This document shows positions 21,899 through 32,179 of a stretch of DNA of 64,000 nucleotides, piece by piece. Within the stretch, counting starts at the first letter, position 1. The number at the start of each line of letters is the position of its first letter. This stretch comes from Hydrogenothermaceae bacterium (lineage in GTDB: Bacteria > Aquificota > Aquificia > Aquificales > Hydrogenothermaceae): contig JAOABC010000005.1 in NCBI GenBank assembly GCA_026418535.1, forward strand, positions 74,620-138,619, written 5' to 3'. Position numbers and translations under genes: made by a program. The notes below the pieces were generated by a model that worked only from the letters and a program-made list of their open reading frames with translations, ran no database searches and was not told where the DNA came from.

Positions 21899-23710
21899 AT
21901 GGAGTACAACTTTAAAGAGATAGAAGAAAGATTACTCAAAGAATGGGAAGAGAACAACATTTTCAAGACAAAGGATGAAGGTGAGAAGTATTACGTTCTT
22001 GAGATGTTTCCCTACCCCTCTGGAAAGATACATATGGGCCACGTAAGAAACTACGCTATAGGGGATGTGATAAACAGATATCTCCGGATGAACAAAAAGT
22101 CCACACTACATCCGATGGGTTGGGATGCCTTTGGAATGCCTGCGGAGAATGCTGCCATAAAGAGTGGTGTCCATCCTGCTAAGTGGACTTACGAAAACAT
22201 AGACTACATGAGAAAGCAGCTAAAGAGACTTGGTCTTTCCTATGACTGGGAAAAGGAAGTAGCTACTTGTAATCCGGATTACTACAGATGGAACCAGTGG
22301 ATATTCCTGAAGATGTTTGAAAAAGGTATAGCTTACAGAAAGACAGCCACTGTAAACTGGTGTCCCCATGACCTTACTGTTTTGGCTAACGAGCAGGTTA
22401 TAGAGGGTAGATGTTGGAGATGTTCTACACTTGTGGAGCAGAAGGAGATTCCTTCCTGGTATCTTAAAATAACAGCATATGCTGAAGAACTCCTTGAAGA
22501 CTTAGAGACTCTTAAGAATAAGTGGCCTCCTCAAGTTATTGCCATGCAAGAAAACTGGATAGGTAAATCCGTGGGAGCATCCATTAAGTTTAAGGTTTTA
22601 GATTCAGAGCACTGTATAGATGTGTTCACTACTAGACCAGATACACTGTTTGGTGTAAGTTTTATAGCTTTAGCTCCAGAGCATCCACTGACGTTGGAAA
22701 TTGCAAATGGAACTCCTCAGAAGGAAGAAGTTGAGAATTTTGTAAAGAGGATGAAGTCTCTCTCAACAAGAGATAGAGGAGTTATAGAGGAAAAGGAAGG
22801 AATATTTTTAGGAAGATATGCCGTAAATCCACTAACAGGGAAGAAAGTTCCCATATACACCGCAAATTACGTCCTGTGGGGATATGGAACAGGAGCTATA
22901 ATGGCTGTTCCTGCTCATGATCAGAGAGACTGGGAGTTTGCCATGAAGTATGGTCTACCTATGAAGGTGGTAGTCAGTCTGGACAAGGAGTGGGAGTTTG
23001 AAAAGGGAGCTTATGAAGGAGAAGGTATACTTGTAAACTCCGGGGATTTCAACGGCTTACTCTCAAGTTTAGCCAGGGAAAGGATAACAGAGTTTCTCAA
23101 AGAGAAAAGTATAGGAGAGAAAAGAGTAAACTATAGACTAAGGGACTGGAACATCTCAAGACAGAGATACTGGGGAACTCCTATACCTATAATATACTGT
23201 GAAGATTGCGGCATTGTGCCTGTTCCTGAAGAAGATCTGCCTGTTATACTTCCGGAGGGTGTAGAGTTTACAGGAATAGGCGGATCTCCTCTTTCCAAAG
23301 TTGAGGAGTTTATAAACACCATCTGTCCAAAGTGTGGAAGATCAGCAAAGAGAGAGACGGACACCATGGATACCTTTGTAGATAGCTCATGGTACTTCTT
23401 GAGATACACAGATCCAAAGAACGAAAAAATGCCATTTGACCCAGAGAAGGCGAACTACTGGATGCCTGTGGATATATACATCGGTGGGATAGAACACGCG
23501 GTCCTCCACTTACTTTACTCAAGGTTCTTCGTTAAGTTTCTAAGAGATTTAGGGCTAGTTGAGATAGATGAACCTTTTGAGAGACTACTAACCCAGGGGA
23601 TGGTATTAAAGAAATGGGTCAGTATAAAGAAGCTCCTTGAAATCCTTAACTTAGATGAAAACGCTACAGTAGAAGAGTTAAAGCATAAACTGGAGAGGAT
23701 GAATGGATAA
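21899..23710 (+). CDS. leuS: Leucyl-tRNA synthetase alpha chain (N-terminal part)
   Basis: 603 aa. HIGH motif ([13 protein letters not shown]). CP1 editing domain ([10 protein letters not shown]). Ends after LLTQGMVL, inside the leucine-specific insertion and before KMSKS. Confidence 0.93.
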   Translation: MEYNFKEIEERLLKEWEENNIFKTKDEGEKYYVLEMFPYPSGKIHMGHVRNYAIGDVINRYLRMNKKSTLHPMGWDAFGMPAENAAIKSGVHPAKWTYENIDYMRKQLKRLGLSYDWEKEVATCNPDYYRWNQWIFLKMFEKGIAYRKTATVNWCPHDLTVLANEQVIEGRCWRCSTLVEQKEIPSWYLKITAYAEELLEDLETLKNKWPPQVIAMQENWIGKSVGASIKFKVLDSEHCIDVFTTRPDTLFGVSFIALAPEHPLTLEIANGTPQKEEVENFVKRMKSLSTRDRGVIEEKEGIFLGRYAVNPLTGKKVPIYTANYVLWGYGTGAIMAVPAHDQRDWEFAMKYGLPMKVVVSLDKEWEFEKGAYEGEGILVNSGDFNGLLSSLARERITEFLKEKSIGEKRVNYRLRDWNISRQRYWGTPIPIIYCEDCGIVPVPEEDLPVILPEGVEFTGIGGSPLSKVEEFINTICPKCGRSAKRETDTMDTFVDSSWYFLRYTDPKNEKMPFDPEKANYWMPVDIYIGGIEHAVLHLLYSRFFVKFLRDLGLVEIDEPFERLLTQGMVLKKWVSIKKLLEILNLDENATVEELKHKLERMNG

Positions 23711-24569
23711 CAGAAGAATAAAGGATGTCTTAGAGAATAATCATCTAAACTTAAACGATAATGGAAAGCTACTACTGGAGAAGATAGGAGTAGACGTCAG
23801 AGTTTTGACCAAGATCGAGGAGCAGTTTGGCAAGTCCGACAAGATGTCAAAGTCAAAACACAACACAGTTGATCCGGATGAGATGATAAAGAGATACGGA
23901 GCTGATACTGTTCGTCTGTACGTCCTTTTTGCAGCACCTCCAGAAAACAACTTTGACTGGACAGAGAGTGGTATAGAGGGAGCCCATAGGTTTATAAGGA
24001 GATTTTTTTACTACATAACAGAGAATTTAGAGCTTGTTAAAGATGTAGAATACACAGAGGAAAACCTTAAAAATCTCTCCGGAGAAGATCTCAGGATAAG
24101 AAAAAAACTCCACTGGGCAATAAAAAAGGTAAGAATAGACATAGAGAAGAACTTTCAGTTTAACACAGGAATAGCGGCTCTAATGGAGCTACTTAATGAA
24201 CTACAAGGATATAAAGAGAAGAATCCTTACCTCCTAAAGGAGGTTTTTGAAAAGAGTATACTTTTAATATCCATCTTCACACCATTTATTGCAGACCATC
24301 TCTGGAAAGCCATAGGTAAAGAGGGGTTCACTATAGACCAACCATTCCCTGAACCGGAAGAGTTATTACTGGTAGAGAGTGAGAAAGAGATCCCTGTCCA
24401 GGTAAACGGAAAGTTAAGAGCAACTATAAAAGTTCCTGTTTCTGCAACAGAGAAAGAAGTTAGAGAGGTTGCTCTAAAAAACGATACTGTTAAAAAGTGG
24501 ATAGATGGAAAAGATGTACACAGATTTATATTCGTTCAGGGTAAAATCCTGAATATAATAGTTAAATGA
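23703..24569 (+). CDS. leuS: Leucyl-tRNA synthetase beta chain (C-terminal part)
   Basis: 288 aa. Carries KMSKS ([16 protein letters not shown]), YGADTVRLY and the anticodon-binding/C-terminal domains. The ATG overlaps the alpha-chain 3' end by 8 nt in another frame. Confidence 0.92.
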   Translation: MDNRRIKDVLENNHLNLNDNGKLLLEKIGVDVRVLTKIEEQFGKSDKMSKSKHNTVDPDEMIKRYGADTVRLYVLFAAPPENNFDWTESGIEGAHRFIRRFFYYITENLELVKDVEYTEENLKNLSGEDLRIRKKLHWAIKKVRIDIEKNFQFNTGIAALMELLNELQGYKEKNPYLLKEVFEKSILLISIFTPFIADHLWKAIGKEGFTIDQPFPEPEELLLVESEKEIPVQVNGKLRATIKVPVSATEKEVREVALKNDTVKKWIDGKDVHRFIFVQGKILNIIVK

Positions 24570-24579
24570 GGTTAAGTCT

Positions 24580-25011
24580 GTGTATAAAAGTATCTTGATA
24601 GGTTATGATGGTTCTAAAGCTTCGGAGAGAGCTCTGAGTAGAGCTATCGAATTAGCAAAGAGCTATGGAGCTAATCTACATGTAGTCGGAGTGGTCAGAC
24701 CTTTAGAGCTTGGATACCTTGACTATATAACCCCGGAAGACGTAGAACAGTTTGAGAAGGAAGAGATGAGTAAAGAAGAGAAGATACTTGGAAAAGTCAT
24801 CCAACGGATTAAAGAAAATGGATTAGAGGTAAACTACAAGATATTGGAGGGAAATCCAGCTGAGGAACTTATGAGTTATGCTGACCAAAATGGTATAGAA
24901 CTGATAGTGGTTGGGAGGAAAGGAGCTGGAATGCTAAAGAGAATACTGATGGGAAGCACTTCTACAGCTCTCGTTAAGTATGCCAATCAGGATGTTCTGG
25001 TAGTGATCTAA
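24580..25011 (+). CDS. Universal stress protein (UspA family)
   Basis: 143 aa. ILIGYDGS...LIVVGRKG...GSTSTALVKYANQDVLVV. GTG start 7 nt after GAGGT. Confidence 0.85.
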   Translation: MYKSILIGYDGSKASERALSRAIELAKSYGANLHVVGVVRPLELGYLDYITPEDVEQFEKEEMSKEEKILGKVIQRIKENGLEVNYKILEGNPAEELMSYADQNGIELIVVGRKGAGMLKRILMGSTSTALVKYANQDVLVVI

Positions 25012-26168
25012 GTAGTATACTTTGCGTTTATCTCTACGTATTTATACCCTAAATCACAGGTGTAGAATGTCCACTGACTTTCTCCTCTGGATAGATACAG
25101 ATCTATCCTTACTTCATGGCTGTTTTTCAGGTATTCTATAGCTTTTTTTCTGTCGTAATCGACAGGAGCTCCAGAGTATATAAGGAAGTCTCCTATGTAC
25201 AGTTTGACTTTTGAAAAATCTATTCCTATATGCAACTGCCCTACTGAAGATAGAATCCTACCCCAATTTGGGTCATTCCCAAACATTGCCGTTTTAAAGA
25301 GGTTTGAGCGAGCTATAGCCTCCCCTACAGCTTTAGCCTCTTCCTTTGACTGAGCATCATAGACATTTATCTCTATAAGCTTAGTAGCTCCTTCTCCATC
25401 CTTAACTATCATCTTCGCAAGCTCTAAAGCTATCTCATACACTTTTTTTGCAAAGTATACTCTGTTTGTATTATCTATAACCACATCAGAATCTCCAGTT
25501 GCCACTACTATAAAACTGTCATTTGTACTCTCACATCCATCCACAGATATAGAGTTGAAGGTTCTATCGGCTACTAACTTTGTTGTTTTTTCTAACAGAG
25601 GTTTGTCTATCTTAACATCTGTGAATATGTATGCGAGCATCGTAGCCATGTTTGGGTGGATCATCCCAGCTCCTTTGGCTATTCCTTTAACCTGAAAAGT
25701 CTTACCATCTACAATACCGATTGTTTGGTAGTACTTATAAAAAGCATCGGTGGTAGATATGGCTCTACTTGCAAGTTCTAAATCAAACTCCCCCATCTCT
25801 GAGATAGCTCTCCTTATACCTGCTTCCACTTTGTCCATTGGAAGTTGAACTCCGATTATTCCAGTTGAGAACACCATAACCTCTTCTCTCTCTATACCAA
25901 ACTCTTCAGCTACCACCTCTGCCATCCTCTGAGCATTCCTGAAACCTTCGTCTCCGGTTGCTGCGTTTGCGTTTCCACTGTTAACCACTATAGCTGATAT
26001 TTTCTCTTGTATGTTAAATACGAGTCTATCGTATATAACTGGGGCGGCTGCAAGAGAGTTCTGGGTAAAGACTGCCCCATAAACAGAGGGGGGAAATTTC
26101 AGTACTAATATGTCATAGTCTCCCGAGGGTTTTATTCCTGCTTTTGCAACACCCATCTTAATGTTCAT
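25008..26168 (-). CDS. argJ: Bifunctional ornithine acetyltransferase / N-acetylglutamate synthase
   Basis: 386 aa. Autoprocessing site PNMATMLAYIFTD. Ends with the typical ...NAKYTT. Confidence 0.92.
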   Translation of the reverse strand: MNIKMGVAKAGIKPSGDYDILVLKFPPSVYGAVFTQNSLAAAPVIYDRLVFNIQEKISAIVVNSGNANAATGDEGFRNAQRMAEVVAEEFGIEREEVMVFSTGIIGVQLPMDKVEAGIRRAISEMGEFDLELASRAISTTDAFYKYYQTIGIVDGKTFQVKGIAKGAGMIHPNMATMLAYIFTDVKIDKPLLEKTTKLVADRTFNSISVDGCESTNDSFIVVATGDSDVVIDNTNRVYFAKKVYEIALELAKMIVKDGEGATKLIEINVYDAQSKEEAKAVGEAIARSNLFKTAMFGNDPNWGRILSSVGQLHIGIDFSKVKLYIGDFLIYSGAPVDYDRKKAIEYLKNSHEVRIDLYLSRGESQWTFYTCDLGYKYVEINAKYTT

Positions 26169-28038
26169 CTATAGTCTCTCCTGTCAGTTTTTCTTTCCAG
26201 TTGATCAAGTTCTTCGACCGGAGGGAGAAGTAAGATACGTCGTATATCTTTTTTTGGTTTATAGTTATAAAATCTGGCAGTGTATAGTCTTTCACTTTTA
26301 ACTGAGTTCTTCTCTCTGTCTCTGCTAGAGATCTACACACATCTTCTAAAAGTTGTCTTGTTGAGAAGTTTACCTTCAGTGCCTGCTTTATTTTTCGAAT
26401 ACCTCTTGACCCTTCAAAGGAGCCACTCTCCTCTACCCAACTGTTTAGAGGAATAGATACATCAGCAATAAGAGAAAGACCATCTTCAAATGGAGTAAAC
26501 AGAACTTTTCTTTTTAATTTGTCCCATATATCTTTAAACTTGTAGTCTTCTATCCACTCCACTATCTCTTCGCCAAACAATATTAGATTCTCTATCTCTC
26601 CTCTTTCTATCTCCTTGATAACTTCAGGAAGGTACTCTAAAGACTCTATCTTATTAACAACGCCGAAGGCGTTCACAGTCGGGGGAATTATAAACACTTT
26701 ACAACCCTTGATCTCTTGAAGCTCTCTGAGAAGTTTGCCAAATCTGTATGCTAACTCACCGTAAAAGTAAGAGGAATAAACCACTGTAGAGTTTTCTTCT
26801 ATCCTTCTTAAGAAGGATAGGATGTCTTCTCCGGATAACTCCACTACTTCCGGATTTAACTTTTTGAGTCTATCTAAACTATCTCCAACGTATGTTAAAC
26901 CCTCTGGTAGGTAGCAACTTAGGACTGGGTTTGTGTCCACTATATCATCCCCAATAACATAGACTTTAGAGGACTGCTTTAGAACATCAAAGTCCGACAT
27001 ATGGTAGTCTTCACCGTAGCCTTCCAGTAGGGGCAAAATAGATAGGGAGATATCTGAAGTGAAGTGAGCTTTAGACCTTCTCCGGATCTTCTCTAAAGTC
27101 TGCAGTGTTTCAGAAGACAGATAGGAAGATACAAAAACAACTGTTTTTTCAGAATTTAGTAGTTTGATTAAGAGTTCTTTGACATCTAAAAACTTCTCTC
27201 CGTACTTTATACTCTTAAGTCTGTTGTGGTTCAGACTGTCATAACCAAGGTAAACCTTACTACAAACCTCAAGCTCAGCTGTACTCCTTATCCTATAGAC
27301 ATTCTGACCATCGTGGTTTACCACCACAGGACAGTTTAGACTACAGAATCCACAGTGAGTATAAGTTTCTTTTAAAAGCCAAGGTCTTGCGTTAAACTTA
27401 AAGGGTTTAAATAGTATAGCTCCAACTGGGCATATATCCACACACAGACCACAAATCTCACAGCTTGATGTGTCCATAGGTTTTGTGGAAGGAGAAATGA
27501 GAGTTTCAAAGGCTCTTTCAAGAGGATAGAGGGAATGGGACTTGTTTATATTATCACAGACTGATACACATTTCATACATAAAACACACCTATTGGATAC
27601 ATACTCAAGATAGCTACTCTCCCAGTCTTCCTCCGGCCTAACCTTCTCTGTTGGGTCTATAGGTAGTAGGTTCTTTTGAGGCCCCCAGTATGTTCCCCAG
27701 TTCTGTAGGTCACACTCTCCTGCTTTATCACAGATAGGACAGTCTAAAGGATGCCTTGAGAACAACATCTGTAAGATGAACTCCCTATCTTTTCTCACCT
27801 GAGGGTTCTCTGTCTCTATCTCCATACCATTATAAACGTAAGTGCCACAAGCTATAACTGACCTTTTCATCTTCACATCATAGACTAAACATATCCTACA
27901 GCCACCAAATATAGGAAGCTTCTCGTGGTAGCAGAAAGTGGGTATAAGTATGTTCAACCTTTTCGCAGCTTCTATGATGGTTGTATCTTTAGAAACTTCT
28001 ATCTCTTGTCCGTCTATCTTAACTCTAACTGTTTCCAT
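26158..28038 (-). CDS. nuoG: NuoG/Nqo3-like Fe-S subunit of NADH:quinone oxidoreductase (stand-alone)
   Basis: 2Fe-2S N-terminus (CYHEKLPIFGGCRIC). His-ligated cluster HPLDCPICDKAGEC. 4Fe-4S motifs CVLCMKCVSVC, CEICGLCVDICP, CGFCSLNC. The C-terminal domain is a diverged molybdopterin fold. Confidence 0.75.
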   Translation of the reverse strand: METVRVKIDGQEIEVSKDTTIIEAAKRLNILIPTFCYHEKLPIFGGCRICLVYDVKMKRSVIACGTYVYNGMEIETENPQVRKDREFILQMLFSRHPLDCPICDKAGECDLQNWGTYWGPQKNLLPIDPTEKVRPEEDWESSYLEYVSNRCVLCMKCVSVCDNINKSHSLYPLERAFETLISPSTKPMDTSSCEICGLCVDICPVGAILFKPFKFNARPWLLKETYTHCGFCSLNCPVVVNHDGQNVYRIRSTAELEVCSKVYLGYDSLNHNRLKSIKYGEKFLDVKELLIKLLNSEKTVVFVSSYLSSETLQTLEKIRRRSKAHFTSDISLSILPLLEGYGEDYHMSDFDVLKQSSKVYVIGDDIVDTNPVLSCYLPEGLTYVGDSLDRLKKLNPEVVELSGEDILSFLRRIEENSTVVYSSYFYGELAYRFGKLLRELQEIKGCKVFIIPPTVNAFGVVNKIESLEYLPEVIKEIERGEIENLILFGEEIVEWIEDYKFKDIWDKLKRKVLFTPFEDGLSLIADVSIPLNSWVEESGSFEGSRGIRKIKQALKVNFSTRQLLEDVCRSLAETERRTQLKVKDYTLPDFITINQKKIYDVSYFSLRSKNLINWKEKLTGETIDEH

Positions 28039-28076
28039 CTATCTTTTACCTCTAAAGATTAGGATGTTGAAAGTCT

Positions 28077-28104
28077 ATTATACAATATATCTAATATCTT
28101 GAAA
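28077..28104 (-). promoter_or_regulatory. Candidate promoter for the nuoG-like/argJ unit
   Basis: On the minus strand: TTTCAA or TTCAAG, 15-16 nt spacer, TATAAT (28082-28077), about 39 nt upstream of the ATG at 28038. Confidence 0.35.
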
Positions 28105-28274
28105 GTCAGAAAATCCTAGTTTTTAAAATAGCCTCATAAGGATAGGTGGTTAGATCCACATCAAATGGTTAAAAGTCTTAAGTTAGAGGAAGAATAAACA
28201 GCAGAGTAGGTTTCCCCCAAGAGGGTTTAGTTTAGATTTTCTAAGTTTTACTAACTTATGGTCTCTATTTTACA

Positions 28275-28721
28275 TTATCTTTTCCTTTTAAAAAACTCCC
28301 TTAGTAAACCTGAACACCTCTCATCAGGAATAAACAGATAATCCGCTCTCTGACTGAGTTTTTTATCATCAAGAACTGTGTACTTTGAGACTATAGCTCC
28401 CTCTTTCTCGTTCTTACTACAGAAGACTACTTCTTTAATCCTTGCCTGGAGAATAGCCCCAACACACATCAAACAGGGTTCCAAGGTTACATATATACTG
28501 AATCCATCAAGTCTATAGGTGCCTATTTTTTTACAGGCTCTCTCTATTGCTAATACCTCTGCGTGGTACAGGGCGTTTTTTTTGACTATTCTCTGATTGT
28601 GAGCCTTAGATATAACTATACCACCTTTCACAACTACTGCCCCGACAGGTACTTCATCTTTCCCAAAAGCTTTTAAAGCTTCCCTGTAGGCTACATCTAT
28701 AAACTTCTTATGGTCTATCAA
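28275..28721 (-). CDS. tadA: tRNA-specific adenosine deaminase
   Basis: 148 aa. Zinc motifs HAEVLAIE and PCLMCVGA. Confidence 0.9.
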   Translation of the reverse strand: MIDHKKFIDVAYREALKAFGKDEVPVGAVVVKGGIVISKAHNQRIVKKNALYHAEVLAIERACKKIGTYRLDGFSIYVTLEPCLMCVGAILQARIKEVVFCSKNEKEGAIVSKYTVLDDKKLSQRADYLFIPDERCSGLLREFFKRKR

Positions 28722-30234
28722 CTCTTATAAACTCTAAAAGATCTGTTGCCTTTAAGCTTTCTTGGGAATACCTTAAAACAGCCAAATCTCCAGCTCTTCC
28801 ATGACTGTATACAGCAAGTTTTAGAGCATCAAGGATATCTAGCCTGTTTATGAGAGCTCCAACTACCCCAGCGAGGATATCCCCTGTCCCAGCTGTAGCC
28901 ATACCAGGATTTCCAGTTGTGCTGTAGAAAATCTCTCCGTTGGGTGTAGCTATCATCATCCTTGAAAACTTCAAGATTAGGTAGCTGTTTGTCTGTTTAC
29001 AGAACTCTAAACTTATCTCTTCCATCCTATCAAAGATATCTTCAGATCTCAAACCTGTAAGTCTCGAAAACTCTCCTATATGAGGAGTCAACACTGTAGG
29101 ATGAGTTCTCTTTCCCAGTAGGAACTTGTAATCTGGAATAGTAGAAAGATTGTTTAGACCATCTGCATCTACCACAACAGGTTTTGGAAGCTTCAGGACT
29201 TCCTCTACAATTTTCCTGCTGCTATTGGATACAGACATGCCCATGCCTACAACCACAGATGATATCTTAAGCGTGCTGACAACCTCTGGAATCTTCAGAT
29301 AGGCATCCTCAGAGAACATCCCCCCTATAGAAGGAAGGGGATAACTCATCTCCTCTATCAAGTTGGTCTGGACTATCTGGTCTATACAGTCCGGAACTAT
29401 CACACTAACCAGTCCACTACCAGCTTTTGTGGATGCTTTTGCAGACATTATGACGGCTCCAGATTTACCTACGCTACCCCCTACGATACCCACATGTCCG
29501 AAGGTGTACTTATGCCCTGTCTTCTTTCTCTTTGGAAACTTAAGGTTTTCTGGAGTTATCAAAAACCTATGGAAGTCCTCAGCGTACCTATCGTCCAGTC
29601 CTATATCTACCAGGACAACCTCTCCACATCTTTCAGAAGCCGGAAGAAGGACGTGGCAGGGTTTTTTATACGCAAATGTTATGGTTAGATCAGCTTTTAT
29701 GGATGGTTCAAAGATCCTGTGAGAATCTGCGTCCAACCCAGAAGGGATATCTATACTAACTATAGGCTTACCTGAGATTGAGATTAACTCTATAGCCTTT
29801 CCCCTGTATCCAAAAACAGGCAGTTTAAAGCCTGTCCCAAATATGGCATCTACGATGACATCACACTTTTTGATCTCTTCTTCAAGGATATGTAAATTTC
29901 TTTCTATTATGAATATAGGCTCCAAGCCGAACTTCTGAGATATCTGAATGTTCTTTGCGTTATCTGGAGAGAGTTTTTCTAAATTGTCTCCTAAAACTAG
30001 TAGAATAACATTTTTACTTTCCCTCTTCAGATACCTTGATATAACTACTCCATCCCCTCCGTTGTTCCCAGAACCTGCTACTACCAAAAACCTCTCTTTA
30101 TCCTTGAATCTGTCTCTTATATGGAAGAAGGCAGACCTTCCGGCATTTTCCATCAACACCAGAGAAGGTATACCTATCTCCTCTATAGTCTTCTTTTCAA
30201 CAAGAGCTATCTCTGAAGATCTCAGTATCCTCAT
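28708..30234 (-). CDS. nnr: Bifunctional NAD(P)H-hydrate repair enzyme (epimerase + ADP-dependent dehydratase)
   Basis: 508 aa. YjeF-N (AGSGNNGGDG) fused to a carbohydrate-kinase-like YjeF-C (GNPGMATAGTGDILAG). Confidence 0.9.
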   Translation of the reverse strand: MRILRSSEIALVEKKTIEEIGIPSLVLMENAGRSAFFHIRDRFKDKERFLVVAGSGNNGGDGVVISRYLKRESKNVILLVLGDNLEKLSPDNAKNIQISQKFGLEPIFIIERNLHILEEEIKKCDVIVDAIFGTGFKLPVFGYRGKAIELISISGKPIVSIDIPSGLDADSHRIFEPSIKADLTITFAYKKPCHVLLPASERCGEVVLVDIGLDDRYAEDFHRFLITPENLKFPKRKKTGHKYTFGHVGIVGGSVGKSGAVIMSAKASTKAGSGLVSVIVPDCIDQIVQTNLIEEMSYPLPSIGGMFSEDAYLKIPEVVSTLKISSVVVGMGMSVSNSSRKIVEEVLKLPKPVVVDADGLNNLSTIPDYKFLLGKRTHPTVLTPHIGEFSRLTGLRSEDIFDRMEEISLEFCKQTNSYLILKFSRMMIATPNGEIFYSTTGNPGMATAGTGDILAGVVGALINRLDILDALKLAVYSHGRAGDLAVLRYSQESLKATDLLEFIRVDRP

Positions 30235-30891
30235 CTACTTACTTGTAAGTCTTATAACTTCGTTAACAAGCTTCTCTATACCCTCTGCTACCTCTTTTAT
30301 AGACCTACCTAACATGTAAGCTGGAGTAGAGACTATTTTGTTCTCCTCGTCTACTACCATCTCACTAACAGGACAGTTTAGGTGTCTTGCACCCATATCC
30401 TCTATAGCTTTTGCAACATCTACATCACTTCCTATAGTGATAGTTGGTTTTGCTTCCCTTAGAGCTGCTGCAACTATAACCGGTGAGATGCAGATGGCAC
30501 CAATAGGCTTACCAGCTTTCAATAACTCTACTAACAGTCTCCTTACCTGAGATATAGCTGTTGCGTCAGCTCCCTTTTCAAGAAAGTCTGAGAAGTTCTT
30601 GGCTACCCCGTAGCCACCAGGCATTATAAGACCATCTATATCTTCAACCTTTACATCTTCTATGTTCTTTATGTTACCTCTGGCGATTCTTGCAGATTCA
30701 ACAAGGACATTCCTCTTCTCTTTCATAGGCTCGCCGGTTAGATGGTTAATAACATCTTTTTGTTCTATATCGGGAGCCATTACTACAGTCTCGACACCAG
30801 CCTTGTCTAAGAAGTATAAGGTAAGAGTAGCCTCGTGTATCTCAGCACCATCAAAAACACCACATCCTGCCAGTAATACCCCTATCTTCAT
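30235..30891 (-). CDS. elbB: DJ-1/PfpI-superfamily protein, ElbB/ES1 type
   Basis: MKIGVLLAGCGVFDGAEIHEA N-terminus, IMPGGYG, AICISP nucleophile elbow. Confidence 0.85.
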   Translation of the reverse strand: MKIGVLLAGCGVFDGAEIHEATLTLYFLDKAGVETVVMAPDIEQKDVINHLTGEPMKEKRNVLVESARIARGNIKNIEDVKVEDIDGLIMPGGYGVAKNFSDFLEKGADATAISQVRRLLVELLKAGKPIGAICISPVIVAAALREAKPTITIGSDVDVAKAIEDMGARHLNCPVSEMVVDEENKIVSTPAYMLGRSIKEVAEGIEKLVNEVIRLTSK

Positions 30892-30925
30892 GCAAAACCC
30901 CCTAAAAGAGATATTGTTAATAAAA

Positions 30926-31669
30926 TTATTCTAACACATCAGGAAAGTTTTCCAGGAGATTCCAAGCCTCCTGAGTGTACCTCTTCTCTTTAGGGTTCTC
31001 ATACATTATCAATGGCTTTTCCACAATCTCCCCACCCTCTTTTCCTGACTTCAGACACTCAACCATAAAGTGAGTTGCTTTTTCCATTATAGAAGGATGA
31101 ACAAACCTAATCCTTTTTGGTTGTAGTCTGTACTTCTTTACAGTCTCTAAGCTTTCTATAAAGCTACTAACTGGAAATATATAGTAAAACTTTCCCTTGT
31201 TCTTTAAGAGGTAAGAGGCAGCTTTAACAAAATCCCCAAATGTTGCAAGGACCTGAGCCCTCTCTACACTACCTTGATGGAAGTAAGGAGGATTAGTGAT
31301 CACACAGTCAAAAAAACCACTTTGAAAGATATCTCTCACATCCTTAACATCACCGAGTCTTAACTCAGCGTTCAAACTATTGAGTATAAAGTTCTTCTTG
31401 GCCAAACTGAACATGCTCTCTTGGACTTCTAAACCGTAGAGTTTTAACTTTGGTATCTTCAGGTTTAGAAGCAGAGGTATGATTCCACTTCCGGTTCCGA
31501 TGTCTATGACTACCTTAGATGGTGATAGGTTTACGAAACTGACTAAAAGGAGAGAGTCTACATTAAAACGGTAACCTTTCTTTTTTTGGATTATACTGAT
31601 TTTCCCCCTTATAAAGGGGGAGATATCTTCGTCCTCTTCTATCCGAACGTTGTCAGGAAGTTTTTGCAA
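30926..31669 (-). CDS. SAM-dependent N6-adenine methyltransferase, TrmN6/YfiC-like
   Basis: GYRFNVDSLLL, SAM motif IDIGTGSG, catalytic ITNPPYF. Confidence 0.75.
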   Translation of the reverse strand: MQKLPDNVRIEEDEDISPFIRGKISIIQKKKGYRFNVDSLLLVSFVNLSPSKVVIDIGTGSGIIPLLLNLKIPKLKLYGLEVQESMFSLAKKNFILNSLNAELRLGDVKDVRDIFQSGFFDCVITNPPYFHQGSVERAQVLATFGDFVKAASYLLKNKGKFYYIFPVSSFIESLETVKKYRLQPKRIRFVHPSIMEKATHFMVECLKSGKEGGEIVEKPLIMYENPKEKRYTQEAWNLLENFPDVLE

Positions 31670-32054
31670 GGTTTATAAGAACCTCTGCCCTCTCTTTCTG
31701 TTTTAGGTAATATTCTCTCTCTTGGTCTGTTAGATTTTCAGACTGTAACTTCTGGTTCGCTTCTTCAAGTAGCTGTTTTTCTTGCTGTAAGTCTATTGAG
31801 TCTATGTCGTATATCTCCTCAAGTAGGGCGATCACTCTGTTTCCTGCCACATCAAGGATCCCATAAGTGACCGCAAACTCCTTTATCTCTCCGTTACCTT
31901 TCTCTATCCTAAGTTTTCCAGGTTTGACGTTTGTAAGTAGGAGCATATGGTTCTCTAAAACACCTATCTCCCCATCAGCAGTTGTTATAACAGTTTGGTA
32001 AACCTCCCCAGTAAAAGCTAATCCCTTCGGAGTTACTACGTCAAGCTTATACAT
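31653..32054 (-). CDS. atpC: F1 ATP synthase epsilon subunit
   Basis: 133 aa. LDVVTPKG...TADGEIGVLENHMLLLTNVKPGKLRI and a C-terminal helical hairpin. No atpD upstream. Confidence 0.88.
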   Translation of the reverse strand: MYKLDVVTPKGLAFTGEVYQTVITTADGEIGVLENHMLLLTNVKPGKLRIEKGNGEIKEFAVTYGILDVAGNRVIALLEEIYDIDSIDLQQEKQLLEEANQKLQSENLTDQEREYYLKQKERAEVLINLAKTS

Positions 32055-32077
32055 ACAGTTTCCTCCAACTTTTGTAA

Positions 32078-32161
32078 TGCCGAAGGCGGGAGTCGAACCC
32101 GCACGCCCTTGTGGGCGGGGGATTTTGAGTCCCCTGCGTCTGCCAATTCCGCCACTTCGGC
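32078..32161 (-). tRNA. tRNA-Leu (anticodon CAA)
   Basis: Hand-folded 84-nt cloverleaf. Acceptor GCCGAAG/CTTCGGC. Anticodon arm GGGGA-CTCAAAA-TCCCC. Long variable arm GCCC-ACAA-GGGC. T arm GCGGG-TTCGACT-CCCGC. CCA is not encoded. Confidence 0.93.
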
Positions 32162-32179
32162 TAATATGTTAATATTATA

